DNA of 32,000 nt from Candidatus Saccharimonadota bacterium (lineage in GTDB: Bacteria; Patescibacteriota; Saccharimonadia; Saccharimonadales; UBA4665). The notes beneath the pieces are model-generated. The model was given only the letters and a program-made list of their open reading frames with translations, had not been told where the DNA came from and did not search any database. Made by a program: the position numbers and the translations under genes. The stretch covers positions 210,001 to 242,000 of the forward strand of contig OY970350.1 in NCBI GenBank assembly GCA_963718045.1, in the 5' to 3' direction. Shown piece after piece: positions 1 to 8,004 of the stretch. Each line of letters opens with the position of its first letter. Within the stretch, counting starts at the first letter, position 1.

Positions 1-1103
1 CTACTACCGGCATTGCAGCGACGCATTTAAACGGCATAACCGTTCATTCCTGGGCGGGTATTGGTATAAAAGACAAGTTGAATAGTGAAGAAATGCTCCG
101 TTTAAGCAGCAACAAAAAACTCATTAACAGATACAAATATGCTGACGTTTTGGTAATCGATGAAGTTTCGATGCTTGATCCAAACCGTTTAGGTTTAATA
201 AACAAACTGGCAAAACAAATTAGGCGCAGTGATAAACCTATCGGCGGCATCCAGTTAATACTGGTCGGCGACCTGTTCCAGCTGCCGCCAGTTGAGCAGA
301 TTAAAGGTCCGTACTTATTTTGTTCTGATATATGGCGTGAACTTGATCTTAAAATCTGTTATCTAACAGAACAGCATAGGCAGCAGCTAGGCGATGAGCT
401 GCATACTATTCTAGAAGCCGTTAGAGCCAACAGGGTGGGTGAAGTGGAGCTAAATGTTCTTAAACCGAAAGTTAATTCTTCCCGTTCCAGCAATAGAAAC
501 ATCTTAAGACTCTATTCACATAATTATGATGCTGACCAGGTAAATACTATGCGCTTAGATACTCTTAAAACCAGGCAGAGGGTATATAAAATGTTTTCTG
601 CCGGCTCAAGCGGAGCTATTAAGACACTTAAAGACAACATCTTAAGCCCGGAGATACTAAAATTAAAAGTTGGCTGCGAAGTAATCTTTACAGCCAACAA
701 CTACGCAACTGGCTATGTTAATGGTGACAGGGGCAGAGTAGTAGATTTTGTATCTGATTTACCGGTAATTCGCTTAAAAAGAGACTCATATATTGTTGCC
801 GGGCTATATAACTGGCGGACAGAAATAGACGGCCAAATACTTGCCGAAGTATGGCAGCTGCCGCTTAGATTAGCCTGGGCTATAACGATACATAAAAGCC
901 AGGGGATGAGCTTAGATGAGGCAGAAATTGATTTAAGCCGCGTATTTAGTCCCGGCATGGGTTACGTGGCCCTGTCCAGACTTAGAAATATAGATGGACT
1001 ACATCTCCTTGGACTGAATAGAATGGCTCTTTATGTAGACAGTAATATATTAAAGGCCGACAAATTACTGCGTGCCGAGTCAGACAAACTAGTGCTAAGA
1101 TAA
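1..1103 (+). CDS. SF1B (PIF1/RecD-like) DNA helicase, C-terminal part; the 5' end lies upstream of the window
   Basis: The frame is open from nt 3 (TTGIAATHLNGITVHSWAGIGI...) into the listed ORF 78-1103. Helicase motifs present: VLVIDEVSMLD (motif II), LILVGDLFQLPPV (III), AITIHKSQGMSLD and GYVALSR (V/VI). Confidence 0.8.
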   Translation, partial: TTGIAATHLNGITVHSWAGIGIKDKLNSEEMLRLSSNKKLINRYKYADVLVIDEVSMLDPNRLGLINKLAKQIRRSDKPIGGIQLILVGDLFQLPPVEQIKGPYLFCSDIWRELDLKICYLTEQHRQQLGDELHTILEAVRANRVGEVELNVLKPKVNSSRSSNRNILRLYSHNYDADQVNTMRLDTLKTRQRVYKMFSAGSSGAIKTLKDNILSPEILKLKVGCEVIFTANNYATGYVNGDRGRVVDFVSDLPVIRLKRDSYIVAGLYNWRTEIDGQILAEVWQLPLRLAWAITIHKSQGMSLDEAEIDLSRVFSPGMGYVALSRLRNIDGLHLLGLNRMALYVDSNILKADKLLRAESDKLVLR

Positions 1104-1126
1104 GGGAAGGATAATAAAGGATTACT

Positions 1127-1717
1127 TTGAGAAATAGATTTAGAAAACCAAAAGAAGTCTATGCATTCATAGATAGCCAGAACTTAAACTTAGGAACCCA
1201 GCGAATGGGCTGGAAGATGGATTGGCGCAAATTCAGGAAATGGCTGAGAAACGAATACTCAGTTACCAAGGCATATATGTTTATTGGTTATATGTCTGAA
1301 AATGAGTCGCTTTATGAGTACATGCATAGCCTAGGGTATTTAGTAGTCTTAAAACCAACACTGGAAATTCACCATAACCAACCAGATTCTAAAGATTATG
1401 ACCCCAATAAAGACCCGGAGAAGAGCACCGTTAAAGGCAATGTTGATACGGAGATAGTTTTAACCGCATTAAAAGAGATGCCAAATTACTCCAAGGCCAT
1501 AATTGTATCTGGTGATGGTGATTTCTATAGCCTTATAGAGTATTTGCAGCAGAAGCAGCACCTAGCCTACGTCATGGCCCCCAACTGGCAGTACTCAACA
1601 CTGTTAAAACCGTTTGAGAAGTATATTATTAACCTGGATAAACACCGATCGGTACTAGCTTATTACACTTCAAAGAATAAAAAGGCCCATTCGAACTCCC
1701 AGAATAATGACAAGTAG
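1127..1717 (+). CDS. NYN-domain (LabA/DUF88-like, PIN-related nuclease fold) protein
   Basis: AFIDSQNLNLG at the N-terminus, GNVDTEIVLTAL, and IIVSGDGDFYSLIEYL match the NYN domain pattern. TTG start preceded by AAAGGA. Lies 23 nt after the helicase stop. Confidence 0.7.
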   Translation: MRNRFRKPKEVYAFIDSQNLNLGTQRMGWKMDWRKFRKWLRNEYSVTKAYMFIGYMSENESLYEYMHSLGYLVVLKPTLEIHHNQPDSKDYDPNKDPEKSTVKGNVDTEIVLTALKEMPNYSKAIIVSGDGDFYSLIEYLQQKQHLAYVMAPNWQYSTLLKPFEKYIINLDKHRSVLAYYTSKNKKAHSNSQNNDK

Positions 1718-2702
1718 ACCAAAAGTAGTTGTTATAGGTGGCGGGACGGGCAGTTTTGCAATTCTAAGCGGACTAAAATATCTGGACTGTGAGCTAACTG
1801 CTTTGGTTAACATGGCAGATAATGGCGGCTCTACTGGCCAATTAAGAGACGAATACGGTGTTCTGCCACCCGGAGACGTTCGGCAGTGTCTTATTGCCTT
1901 GAGCGACTCAGCTATGCCATTGCGTCAGTTATTTAACTTCCGATTTCCTGGTGACAGCTCTTTAGGCGGTCATTCCTTTGGCAACCTGTTCCTATCGGCA
2001 GTTGAAATGATGACAGATAACTTCTCTGAGGCGGTTAAGATGGCTTCAAAAATATTAAATATTCGCGGCACAGTTATTCCTATAACTACCGAAAAATGCC
2101 AGCTTATCATGAAGTTTAATGGCAGGGAAGTTATCGGCGAGGAAGAGATAGATGGAACTAAGCTGCCAGCGGAAACTAAACCCTCTTTGTCGCTCAAACC
2201 CAAAGCAGCTATAAACAAAGAGGCAAAGGCAGCACTAAAAGAAGCGGATTTGATAGTAATTGCTCCCGGCAGCCTATATACCTCCATAATCTCAGCTTTA
2301 GTAGTTGAAGGCGTGTCTTTGACTCTAAAGCAGGCCAAAGCATCTGTAGTCTACATCTGTAATCTAGTCAATAAGCCCAATAATACAGCCGGATTTACAG
2401 TAAATGATTACGTATCCGAGATAGATAAATATTTAAAACCAAAAATAATCGATTATGTAATATATAACTCACATATACCAAAAGATGTAATGCGCTCTTA
2501 CGCCTATCAAGATGAGCATCCGGTCTTAAAAGGTGACGAAGATCCAAAGAGTCTTAACTATAAGATTATAGAAGGCAACTTCTTGTCTGTCCCAGCTCTA
2601 AACCAGGCCGATCTAACGAAGTCCCGCGGGCAATCATTGCTTAGGCATGACGGAAGAGCAGTATCTCTTACGATAAAGAATATTCTGTCTAATAACACTT
2701 GA
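1707..2702 (+). CDS. yvcK: YvcK/CofD-family protein (UPF0052, gluconeogenesis-factor-like)
   Basis: VVVIGGGTGSFAILSGLK, NMADNGGSTGQLR, GHSFGNLF and IAPGSLYTSI are family hallmarks. The start overlaps the NYN gene end by 11 nt. Confidence 0.8.
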   Translation: MTSRPKVVVIGGGTGSFAILSGLKYLDCELTALVNMADNGGSTGQLRDEYGVLPPGDVRQCLIALSDSAMPLRQLFNFRFPGDSSLGGHSFGNLFLSAVEMMTDNFSEAVKMASKILNIRGTVIPITTEKCQLIMKFNGREVIGEEEIDGTKLPAETKPSLSLKPKAAINKEAKAALKEADLIVIAPGSLYTSIISALVVEGVSLTLKQAKASVVYICNLVNKPNNTAGFTVNDYVSEIDKYLKPKIIDYVIYNSHIPKDVMRSYAYQDEHPVLKGDEDPKSLNYKIIEGNFLSVPALNQADLTKSRGQSLLRHDGRAVSLTIKNILSNNT

Positions 2703-2786
2703 AAATAACTATAACTTACTCACTGTAGGTATAAATAATAAAAAAAGTGTTCAAAATCTTGTATCTAAAGGTTATCCCCTAAAATC

Positions 2787-2795
2787 TGTGGATAA
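2787..2795 (-). promoter_or_regulatory. Perfect consensus DnaA-box sequence (TTATCCACA read on the - strand), copy 1
   Basis: TGTGGATAA lies within the 11-mer CTGTGGATAAG at 2786-2796, in intergenic DNA upstream of mraZ. Confidence 0.4.
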
Positions 2796-2887
2796 GATTT
2801 CTACCCAGGTAATATTTACATCTGTTAACTTCGTATCTGTTAAATAGATAAGCATAAACCCAAAGTTTTTTCAAAAATTGACCTATC

Positions 2888-2896
2888 TGTGGATAA
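2888..2896 (-). promoter_or_regulatory. Perfect consensus DnaA-box sequence, copy 2
   Basis: The identical 11-mer CTGTGGATAAG occurs at 2887-2897, 101 nt after copy 1. It sits in the spacer following a TTGACC hexamer (2878-2883). Confidence 0.4.
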
Positions 2897-2938
2897 GTGG
2901 TGTCATTAGTACTACTCTTTTACTATTTAATACTTGTA

Positions 2939-2985
2939 GTGGGGAGCTGTGGGTAGTATGCTCGATCTAGTGGGTTAACGTGGGT
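2939..2985 (+). promoter_or_regulatory. MraZ-type operator: four direct GTGGG(G/T) repeats
   Basis: GTGGGG at 2939, then GTGGGT at 2949, 2970 and 2980, giving spacings of 10, 21 and 10 nt. The repeats lie 52-98 nt upstream of the mraZ ATG. They match the published TGGGN (E. coli) and AAAGTG(G/T) (Mollicutes) MraZ boxes with helical-turn periodicity. Confidence 0.6.
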
Positions 2986-3036
2986 AGACCAAAATAGTCT
3001 CTCCACCGAAAAATAAAAACCACTAAATTTAAAGGG

Positions 3037-3396
3037 ATGGCGAAAATGGATTATTTCGAACGAAAGCTCGATAGCAAAAGGCGGTTATCTATACCAACTG
3101 AGCTAAGGCATGAGTTCGCAAGTGGAGTTGTCGTCACCCGCGGCTTTAAAAAATACCTGCACTTGTACCCGAAAACAGTGTGGGACCAAGAAGTCGAGCC
3201 CCTTCTCGTCGGTAAGATACTAGACGAGGCTACAGCTGATTTGAACATTCAGTTTAGAACAGGCAAATCAGAAGGCCAAATTGACCTAAAACAGGGAAGA
3301 TTTAGTCTTGAGCAACACCTTTTGGATTACGCCGGCATAAAACATGATGTTATAGCTATCAGAGCTGGTAAATACTGGCGCCTGATTGCTAAGTAA
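3037..3396 (+). CDS. mraZ: Transcriptional regulator MraZ (short, 119 aa)
   Basis: Two SpoVT/AbrB-like DxxxR motifs (LDSKRRLSIP and IDLKQGRFSL). First gene of the dcw cluster, directly preceded by the GTGGG repeats. Confidence 0.8.
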   Translation: MAKMDYFERKLDSKRRLSIPTELRHEFASGVVVTRGFKKYLHLYPKTVWDQEVEPLLVGKILDEATADLNIQFRTGKSEGQIDLKQGRFSLEQHLLDYAGIKHDVIAIRAGKYWRLIAK

Positions 3397-3742
3397 AGTT
3401 CTTTAACAATTTGGATGGTTAGTTAATGATCCCTCGAAGTTAGCTAACTGGCAGTCAACAAGTGGAACAGGATAGGTAACCACTTTAAAATAACCTTGCT
3501 CTTTCTTTAAAACACCTCCCAAAACTCCACCTCACACATAAGTCTCTCAATCGACATTTAGTTAATAAGAAGTTCTAAGATTTTTTAAATCTTGTTTAAT
3601 CTTCTTTACATACAAACTATTTGTCATCTAAAACAAAAATATTAAAAAAACAAAAAGTTGGCTGCTGGTTAGGTGACCTTGGAAAAACAAAAACAAGCAA
3701 AAAGGATACACCAAAATAAAAACCAAAACAAAAAACAAACAG

Positions 3743-4672
3743 CATGAACCAGTTCTTTTTAAAGAGGTCTTAGCCGTTCTTAAACCCAAGAAAGGTGAAA
3801 GCTATCTTGATTTAACAGCTGGTTATGGTGGCCATGCTTCGATGGTAATAGATGAAACTGGTAGGCCAGACCTAGCAGTCTTAGTCGACCGGGATAAGCA
3901 GGCTTTTGCAGAGCTATTGAAGATCTTTGGACCAAACGGGCCAGAGATAGTTCATCAGGATTTTTACTCTATAAGTAAAGACCTGGCCTCAAAAAACAGG
4001 CAGTTTGATTTAATTTTGGCGGATTTAGGAGTATCGTCACCGCACCTTAACGAGGGTACACGTGGATTTTCGTTTCAGCATGACGGGCCTTTGGACATGC
4101 GAATGGACCAAGGACAGGCATTTACCGCTGATACGATAGTTAACAATTTCTCTAAAGAGGAAATTAACGAAATCCTTAGGACTTACGGCGAAGAGCCAAG
4201 GGCTGGTCTAATAGCTGATGCTATTACGAAGAACCGGCCAATTAGGTCAACTAGTGAGCTGGCAGCTTTAGTAGCAGCTGTTTATGGCGGTCATAACCGT
4301 CATCATCCGGCAACTAAAACGTTCCAAGCTCTTAGGATTTACGTTAATGATGAGTTAAAACAACTAACAGAAAGCCTACCATTATGGCTAAAGTTATTAG
4401 CGCCAGACGGCAGAATGGCGGTTATAACCTTTCATAGCCTTGAAGATAGGATTGTTAAACAGTTTTTCGCTGAATATGGCGGTAACCGCTATGACAGCAT
4501 CTTAAAACACCTCACTAAACATCCTATCCGCGCTGGCCCATATGAATTAGTCCATAATCCGCGAGCTAGAAGCGCAAAGCTTCGGGCCGTAGTGAAAATA
4601 AAAAGAAAGGGAGTTGTCTCCAATGCCCATACAGGTAAAGAGCAGATCCCGCACGTACAAAGTAAAGGTTAG
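3743..4672 (+). CDS. rsmH: 16S rRNA (cytosine1402-N4)-methyltransferase RsmH; start codon unresolved
   Basis: The track ORF is 3842-4672. The same frame upstream encodes the conserved RsmH N-terminus HEPVLFKEVLAVLKPKKGESYLDLTAGYGGHAS from 3743. The frame is open back to 3677 but contains no ATG, GTG or TTG. Later motifs: DLGVSSPHL, GPLDMRMD, ITFHSLEDRIVK. Confidence 0.85.
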   Translation, partial: HEPVLFKEVLAVLKPKKGESYLDLTAGYGGHASMVIDETGRPDLAVLVDRDKQAFAELLKIFGPNGPEIVHQDFYSISKDLASKNRQFDLILADLGVSSPHLNEGTRGFSFQHDGPLDMRMDQGQAFTADTIVNNFSKEEINEILRTYGEEPRAGLIADAITKNRPIRSTSELAALVAAVYGGHNRHHPATKTFQALRIYVNDELKQLTESLPLWLKLLAPDGRMAVITFHSLEDRIVKQFFAEYGGNRYDSILKHLTKHPIRAGPYELVHNPRARSAKLRAVVKIKRKGVVSNAHTGKEQIPHVQSKG

Positions 4673-4698
4673 AGTAGTCTAACAAAGTTTGTACAACT

Positions 4699-4726
4699 GC
4701 CTAGCTTGAGTTTTCTTAAGCTAGGC
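4699..4726 (+). other. Perfect 9-bp stem hairpin between rsmH and ftsL (no U-tract)
   Basis: GCCTAGCTT (4699-4707) pairs with AAGCTAGGC (4718-4726) across a 10-nt loop. No T-run follows on either strand, so it is not a canonical terminator. Confidence 0.3.
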
Positions 4727-4766
4727 GCCACAAAAACAAATATAAAAATAAAAAGTAGATATAAAA

Positions 4767-5114
4767 ATGACATATTCATCAAGTTTGGCCATGAACAGAA
4801 CGAGGTATTCTGGCCGTAACAAGAATTCGGTAAGTTTTGCCATTCCAAAAGGAAAAATTGGTCCAGTTAGCAACACTATTATTTTAGTAGTCCTGGCTTG
4901 CTTGCTTGGTTTAATCTATTTAACTCAAGTAACCAAAACGAATACCTATGGTTATCAGATAGAAGGTTTGCAGTCTCAGCAGCAGGCCTTAGAAAATCAG
5001 AAGCAGAACCTGGAAGTTGCTCAGTCTCAGCTGCAGTCTTTAAGCCGTGTAGAGAACAGCACAGCTGCTAAGTCAATGGTTGCCGTTACTCCTACTGCCA
5101 CCGTAACGCAGTAA
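4767..5114 (+). CDS. ftsL: FtsL-like bitopic cell-division protein
   Basis: Single TM segment (IILVVLACLLGLIYL) followed by a Q/L-rich coiled coil (QQQALENQKQNLEVAQSQLQSL). Conserved position between rsmH and ftsI. Confidence 0.55.
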   Translation: MTYSSSLAMNRTRYSGRNKNSVSFAIPKGKIGPVSNTIILVVLACLLGLIYLTQVTKTNTYGYQIEGLQSQQQALENQKQNLEVAQSQLQSLSRVENSTAAKSMVAVTPTATVTQ

Positions 5115-5158
5115 TTATATCTGTTAGACGAACCCTTGAGGGCGTATAATGGTAGAGC

Positions 5159-6937
5159 ATGTCTCCCAAAAACATAAACATAAAATTCGGTGCCGTTGGA
5201 CGTATCAAACTTTGGTATGGAATTTTAGTATTAATCGTCGCTATTTTCACTGTCAGACTGTTTTATGTCCAAGTTATCAAATACAATAAATATAAGGATG
5301 CAGCCTTAAGTGACCAGTTAAAAGAGTATCAAATACCAGCAACTAGAGGGCTGATAGAGGCCACTGACGGTAATCAGATCGTACCAATCGTACTAAATAA
5401 GACGCTTTATACGCTTTATGCCAACCCAGAATATATAAAGAATGCTTCGTCAATTGGTAATAAGATCGTTAACGTTATTGGCGGCAACAGCTCAACCTAT
5501 GCCAAGGAGATGACGGAGCCCAATAAGCAATATGTCATCCTGGCTAAGCAGCTTACAGCGAATCAAAGTAGTAAGATCTTGTCATACAAGATCCCGGGTA
5601 TAGGCACTCAGGGTCAGGACTATAGAACCTACCCAGAAGGAAGTTTAGCTTCACAGGTCCTTGGATTTGTTAATAATGATGGCGTAGGCGAGTATGGTAT
5701 TGAACAAGCTTTAAACCCGGAACTTGCCGGTACGCCAGGGCAGGTTAAAGCTATCACTGATGCTAATGGTGTACCACTGTCTTCCACCAAGAATAACGTT
5801 GAGACAGCACCGATAAATGGTGATAACGTTGTTTTAACGCTGAATCTTGGTATGCAGGAGCAGATGGAACAAATACTTAAAACTGAGTACGGGGCTACTA
5901 AATCCCAAGGTCTAAGTGCCCTAATAATGGATCCTAACACTGGACAAATACTAGCTATGGCTAATTATCCGACATACAACCCGGCCGATTACCAGGACGA
6001 AACTAACCCCGAGTTATTTCAAAACGCAGCTGTAACTAACGCTATTGAGCCAGGGTCTTCTATGAAGACCCTTACAACCCCAGCTGCTTTAAATCTAGGT
6101 GTCATACAGCCAAATACTTCATTTTATGATCCAGCGCACTGGGTGGTGGATAGCTACAACATTACCGATATAGAAGAGGATGGTGGTCCTAGGGAACAAA
6201 ATATTCAAAGCATATTATCCCTGTCTCTTAATACTGGTGCCGTATGGATGCTTATGCAGATGGGTGGCGGCCAAATTGACCAAAAAGGCATAGATAGCTG
6301 GTATGACTACATGGTTAATCACTACCGACTGGGCCAGGTAACCGGTATCGAACAAGGTTATGAGTCTGCCGGTTACGTACCACAGCCCAATTTCTCTGAT
6401 CCTAGTATTGATTTAACATATGCCAATACTGCTTTCGGTCAAGGAGTACAAGTAACAGCACTGCAATTGGCGGCTGCTGACTCGAGCATTATTAATGGCG
6501 GTACATACTATAAGCCAACGTTGGTTAGTGAAACTATCAGTCCGAGTGGTAATGTAACAGTTAATAAGCCTAAAATTGAAGAGAGAGATGTTGTTAGCCC
6601 ACAGGTTGGTGCTGATATGATACCGCTTGAAGAGAACGTCGTTACCACGTATTTAAATGAAGGCTTTGCTTTTATGAACTTCCCGTCACAATATATGGTT
6701 GGCGGCAAAACTGGCACTGCCCAGATAGCTCAGCCCGGAGGCGGGTATTACGCTAATTTATATAATGGTACATATACTGGATTTGTTGGCGGTAATAAGC
6801 CACAATATGTAATTACGGTCTTTAATATTAAACCAAATGTTCCTGGATACGCTGGTTCCTACGGCGGGCAACCAGTTTTCGCTGCCATAGCTCATATGTT
6901 AATTAACGAAGGCTACGTAGTGCCAAAAACAAACTAA
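5159..6937 (+). CDS. ftsI: Class B penicillin-binding protein / peptidoglycan D,D-transpeptidase FtsI
   Basis: N-terminal TM segment, then SxxK (GSSMKT), SxN (SLNTG) and KTG (GKTGTA) active-site motifs in the canonical order. Confidence 0.85.
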   Translation: MSPKNINIKFGAVGRIKLWYGILVLIVAIFTVRLFYVQVIKYNKYKDAALSDQLKEYQIPATRGLIEATDGNQIVPIVLNKTLYTLYANPEYIKNASSIGNKIVNVIGGNSSTYAKEMTEPNKQYVILAKQLTANQSSKILSYKIPGIGTQGQDYRTYPEGSLASQVLGFVNNDGVGEYGIEQALNPELAGTPGQVKAITDANGVPLSSTKNNVETAPINGDNVVLTLNLGMQEQMEQILKTEYGATKSQGLSALIMDPNTGQILAMANYPTYNPADYQDETNPELFQNAAVTNAIEPGSSMKTLTTPAALNLGVIQPNTSFYDPAHWVVDSYNITDIEEDGGPREQNIQSILSLSLNTGAVWMLMQMGGGQIDQKGIDSWYDYMVNHYRLGQVTGIEQGYESAGYVPQPNFSDPSIDLTYANTAFGQGVQVTALQLAAADSSIINGGTYYKPTLVSETISPSGNVTVNKPKIEERDVVSPQVGADMIPLEENVVTTYLNEGFAFMNFPSQYMVGGKTGTAQIAQPGGGYYANLYNGTYTGFVGGNKPQYVITVFNIKPNVPGYAGSYGGQPVFAAIAHMLINEGYVVPKTN

Positions 6938-6963
6938 CCAATGGTATAATCTTTAGAAATATT

Positions 6964-8004
6964 ATGAACTATATATTGCACTTCTCAGTCTCCAATCACG
7001 TCTTACTGCACATGGTCGCCTTAGGTCTTGCCAGCTTCATTTTAAGCATGTTAATCACGCCGCTGTTTACGACCTTAGCTTACAAATATAGTTGGTGGAA
7101 GAAGCCTAGAACCGATGCTTGGTCGGGCGGCAAGGCAACAGTTTATGCCAAACTGCATGCCGAGAAGCATAAACGCAATATTCCTACAATGGCCGGGCTC
7201 ATTTTTATTATAAGCATTACCTTAGTTACCCTCATATATAATCTGCATCGAGCTCAAACCTGGCTGCCGCTAGCTGGAATGTTAGGCGCCGGTTTAATTG
7301 GCTTAATTGACGATATTATGAACATTCGGGGGGATAGCTTAATTGCTGGCATGAAAGCAAAAGTTAAGTTCTTCTTATATAGCATGGTTGCCTTAGTTGG
7401 CGGCTGGTGGTTTTATGCAAAGCTAGGCAAGACATCGATTTATTTGCCGCTTGTCCATAATTGGCACTTAGGTATTTTTATTATCCCGGTTTTTTGGCTC
7501 GTTGTTATGGCTACGGCTAACTCAGTTAATATAACAGATGGGTTGGATGGTTTAGCCGGAGGTTTGCTAACTTCTTCGTTTTTGGCTTACGCTGTTATTG
7601 CGATCATATTAGGCAGATATGACCTTGCCGCTTTTTGTATAACTGTAACCGGAGCCTTACTTAGCTACACCTGGTTTAATATATTCCCAGCCCGGTTCTT
7701 TATGGGAGATGTAGGTGCCTTTGCTTTAGGTACATCGCTGGGGATTATTGCCATGATGACAAACACGGTTTATGTCCTTCCTGTAATTGGCATTGTTTAT
7801 GTTATGGAAACTGGCTCGGTTATTATTAACAGAACTTCAAAGCTGTTAAGACACGGCAAAAAAGTCTTTCTATCCTCGCCAATACACCACCATTTTGAAG
7901 CAAAAGGGTGGCCAGAAACAAAAGTAACAATGAGATTTTGGATACTTGGCCAAGCTGCAGCCTTCTTAGGTTTGGTCGTATTTCTAGTCAGCAGGGCGCA
8001 TTAA
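6964..8004 (+). CDS. mraY: Phospho-N-acetylmuramoyl-pentapeptide transferase MraY
   Basis: NSVNITDGLDGLAGG, MGDVGAFALG and SSPIHHHFE motifs in a polytopic membrane protein. The true start could instead be the internal ATG at 7009. Confidence 0.9.
   Translation: MNYILHFSVSNHVLLHMVALGLASFILSMLITPLFTTLAYKYSWWKKPRTDAWSGGKATVYAKLHAEKHKRNIPTMAGLIFIISITLVTLIYNLHRAQTWLPLAGMLGAGLIGLIDDIMNIRGDSLIAGMKAKVKFFLYSMVALVGGWWFYAKLGKTSIYLPLVHNWHLGIFIIPVFWLVVMATANSVNITDGLDGLAGGLLTSSFLAYAVIAIILGRYDLAAFCITVTGALLSYTWFNIFPARFFMGDVGAFALGTSLGIIAMMTNTVYVLPVIGIVYVMETGSVIINRTSKLLRHGKKVFLSSPIHHHFEAKGWPETKVTMRFWILGQAAAFLGLVVFLVSRAH

Noticed and set aside
3513-3533. Two CACCTC(C) motifs resembling the 16S rRNA 3'-end (anti-Shine-Dalgarno) sequence in the mraZ-rsmH spacer, and an AT-only hairpin AAGATTT/AAATCTT at about 3578-3594.
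   Set aside because: These are short motifs with no partner Shine-Dalgarno sequence positioned for sequestration and no adjacent start codon. The evidence is insufficient for a regulatory call.
7908-8003. The track places the ftsW start at 7908, 97 nt inside mraY.
   Set aside because: The in-frame ATG at 8004 forms a TAATG stop-start overlap with mraY and removes a non-membrane leader that looks unrelated to FtsW. I used 8004.
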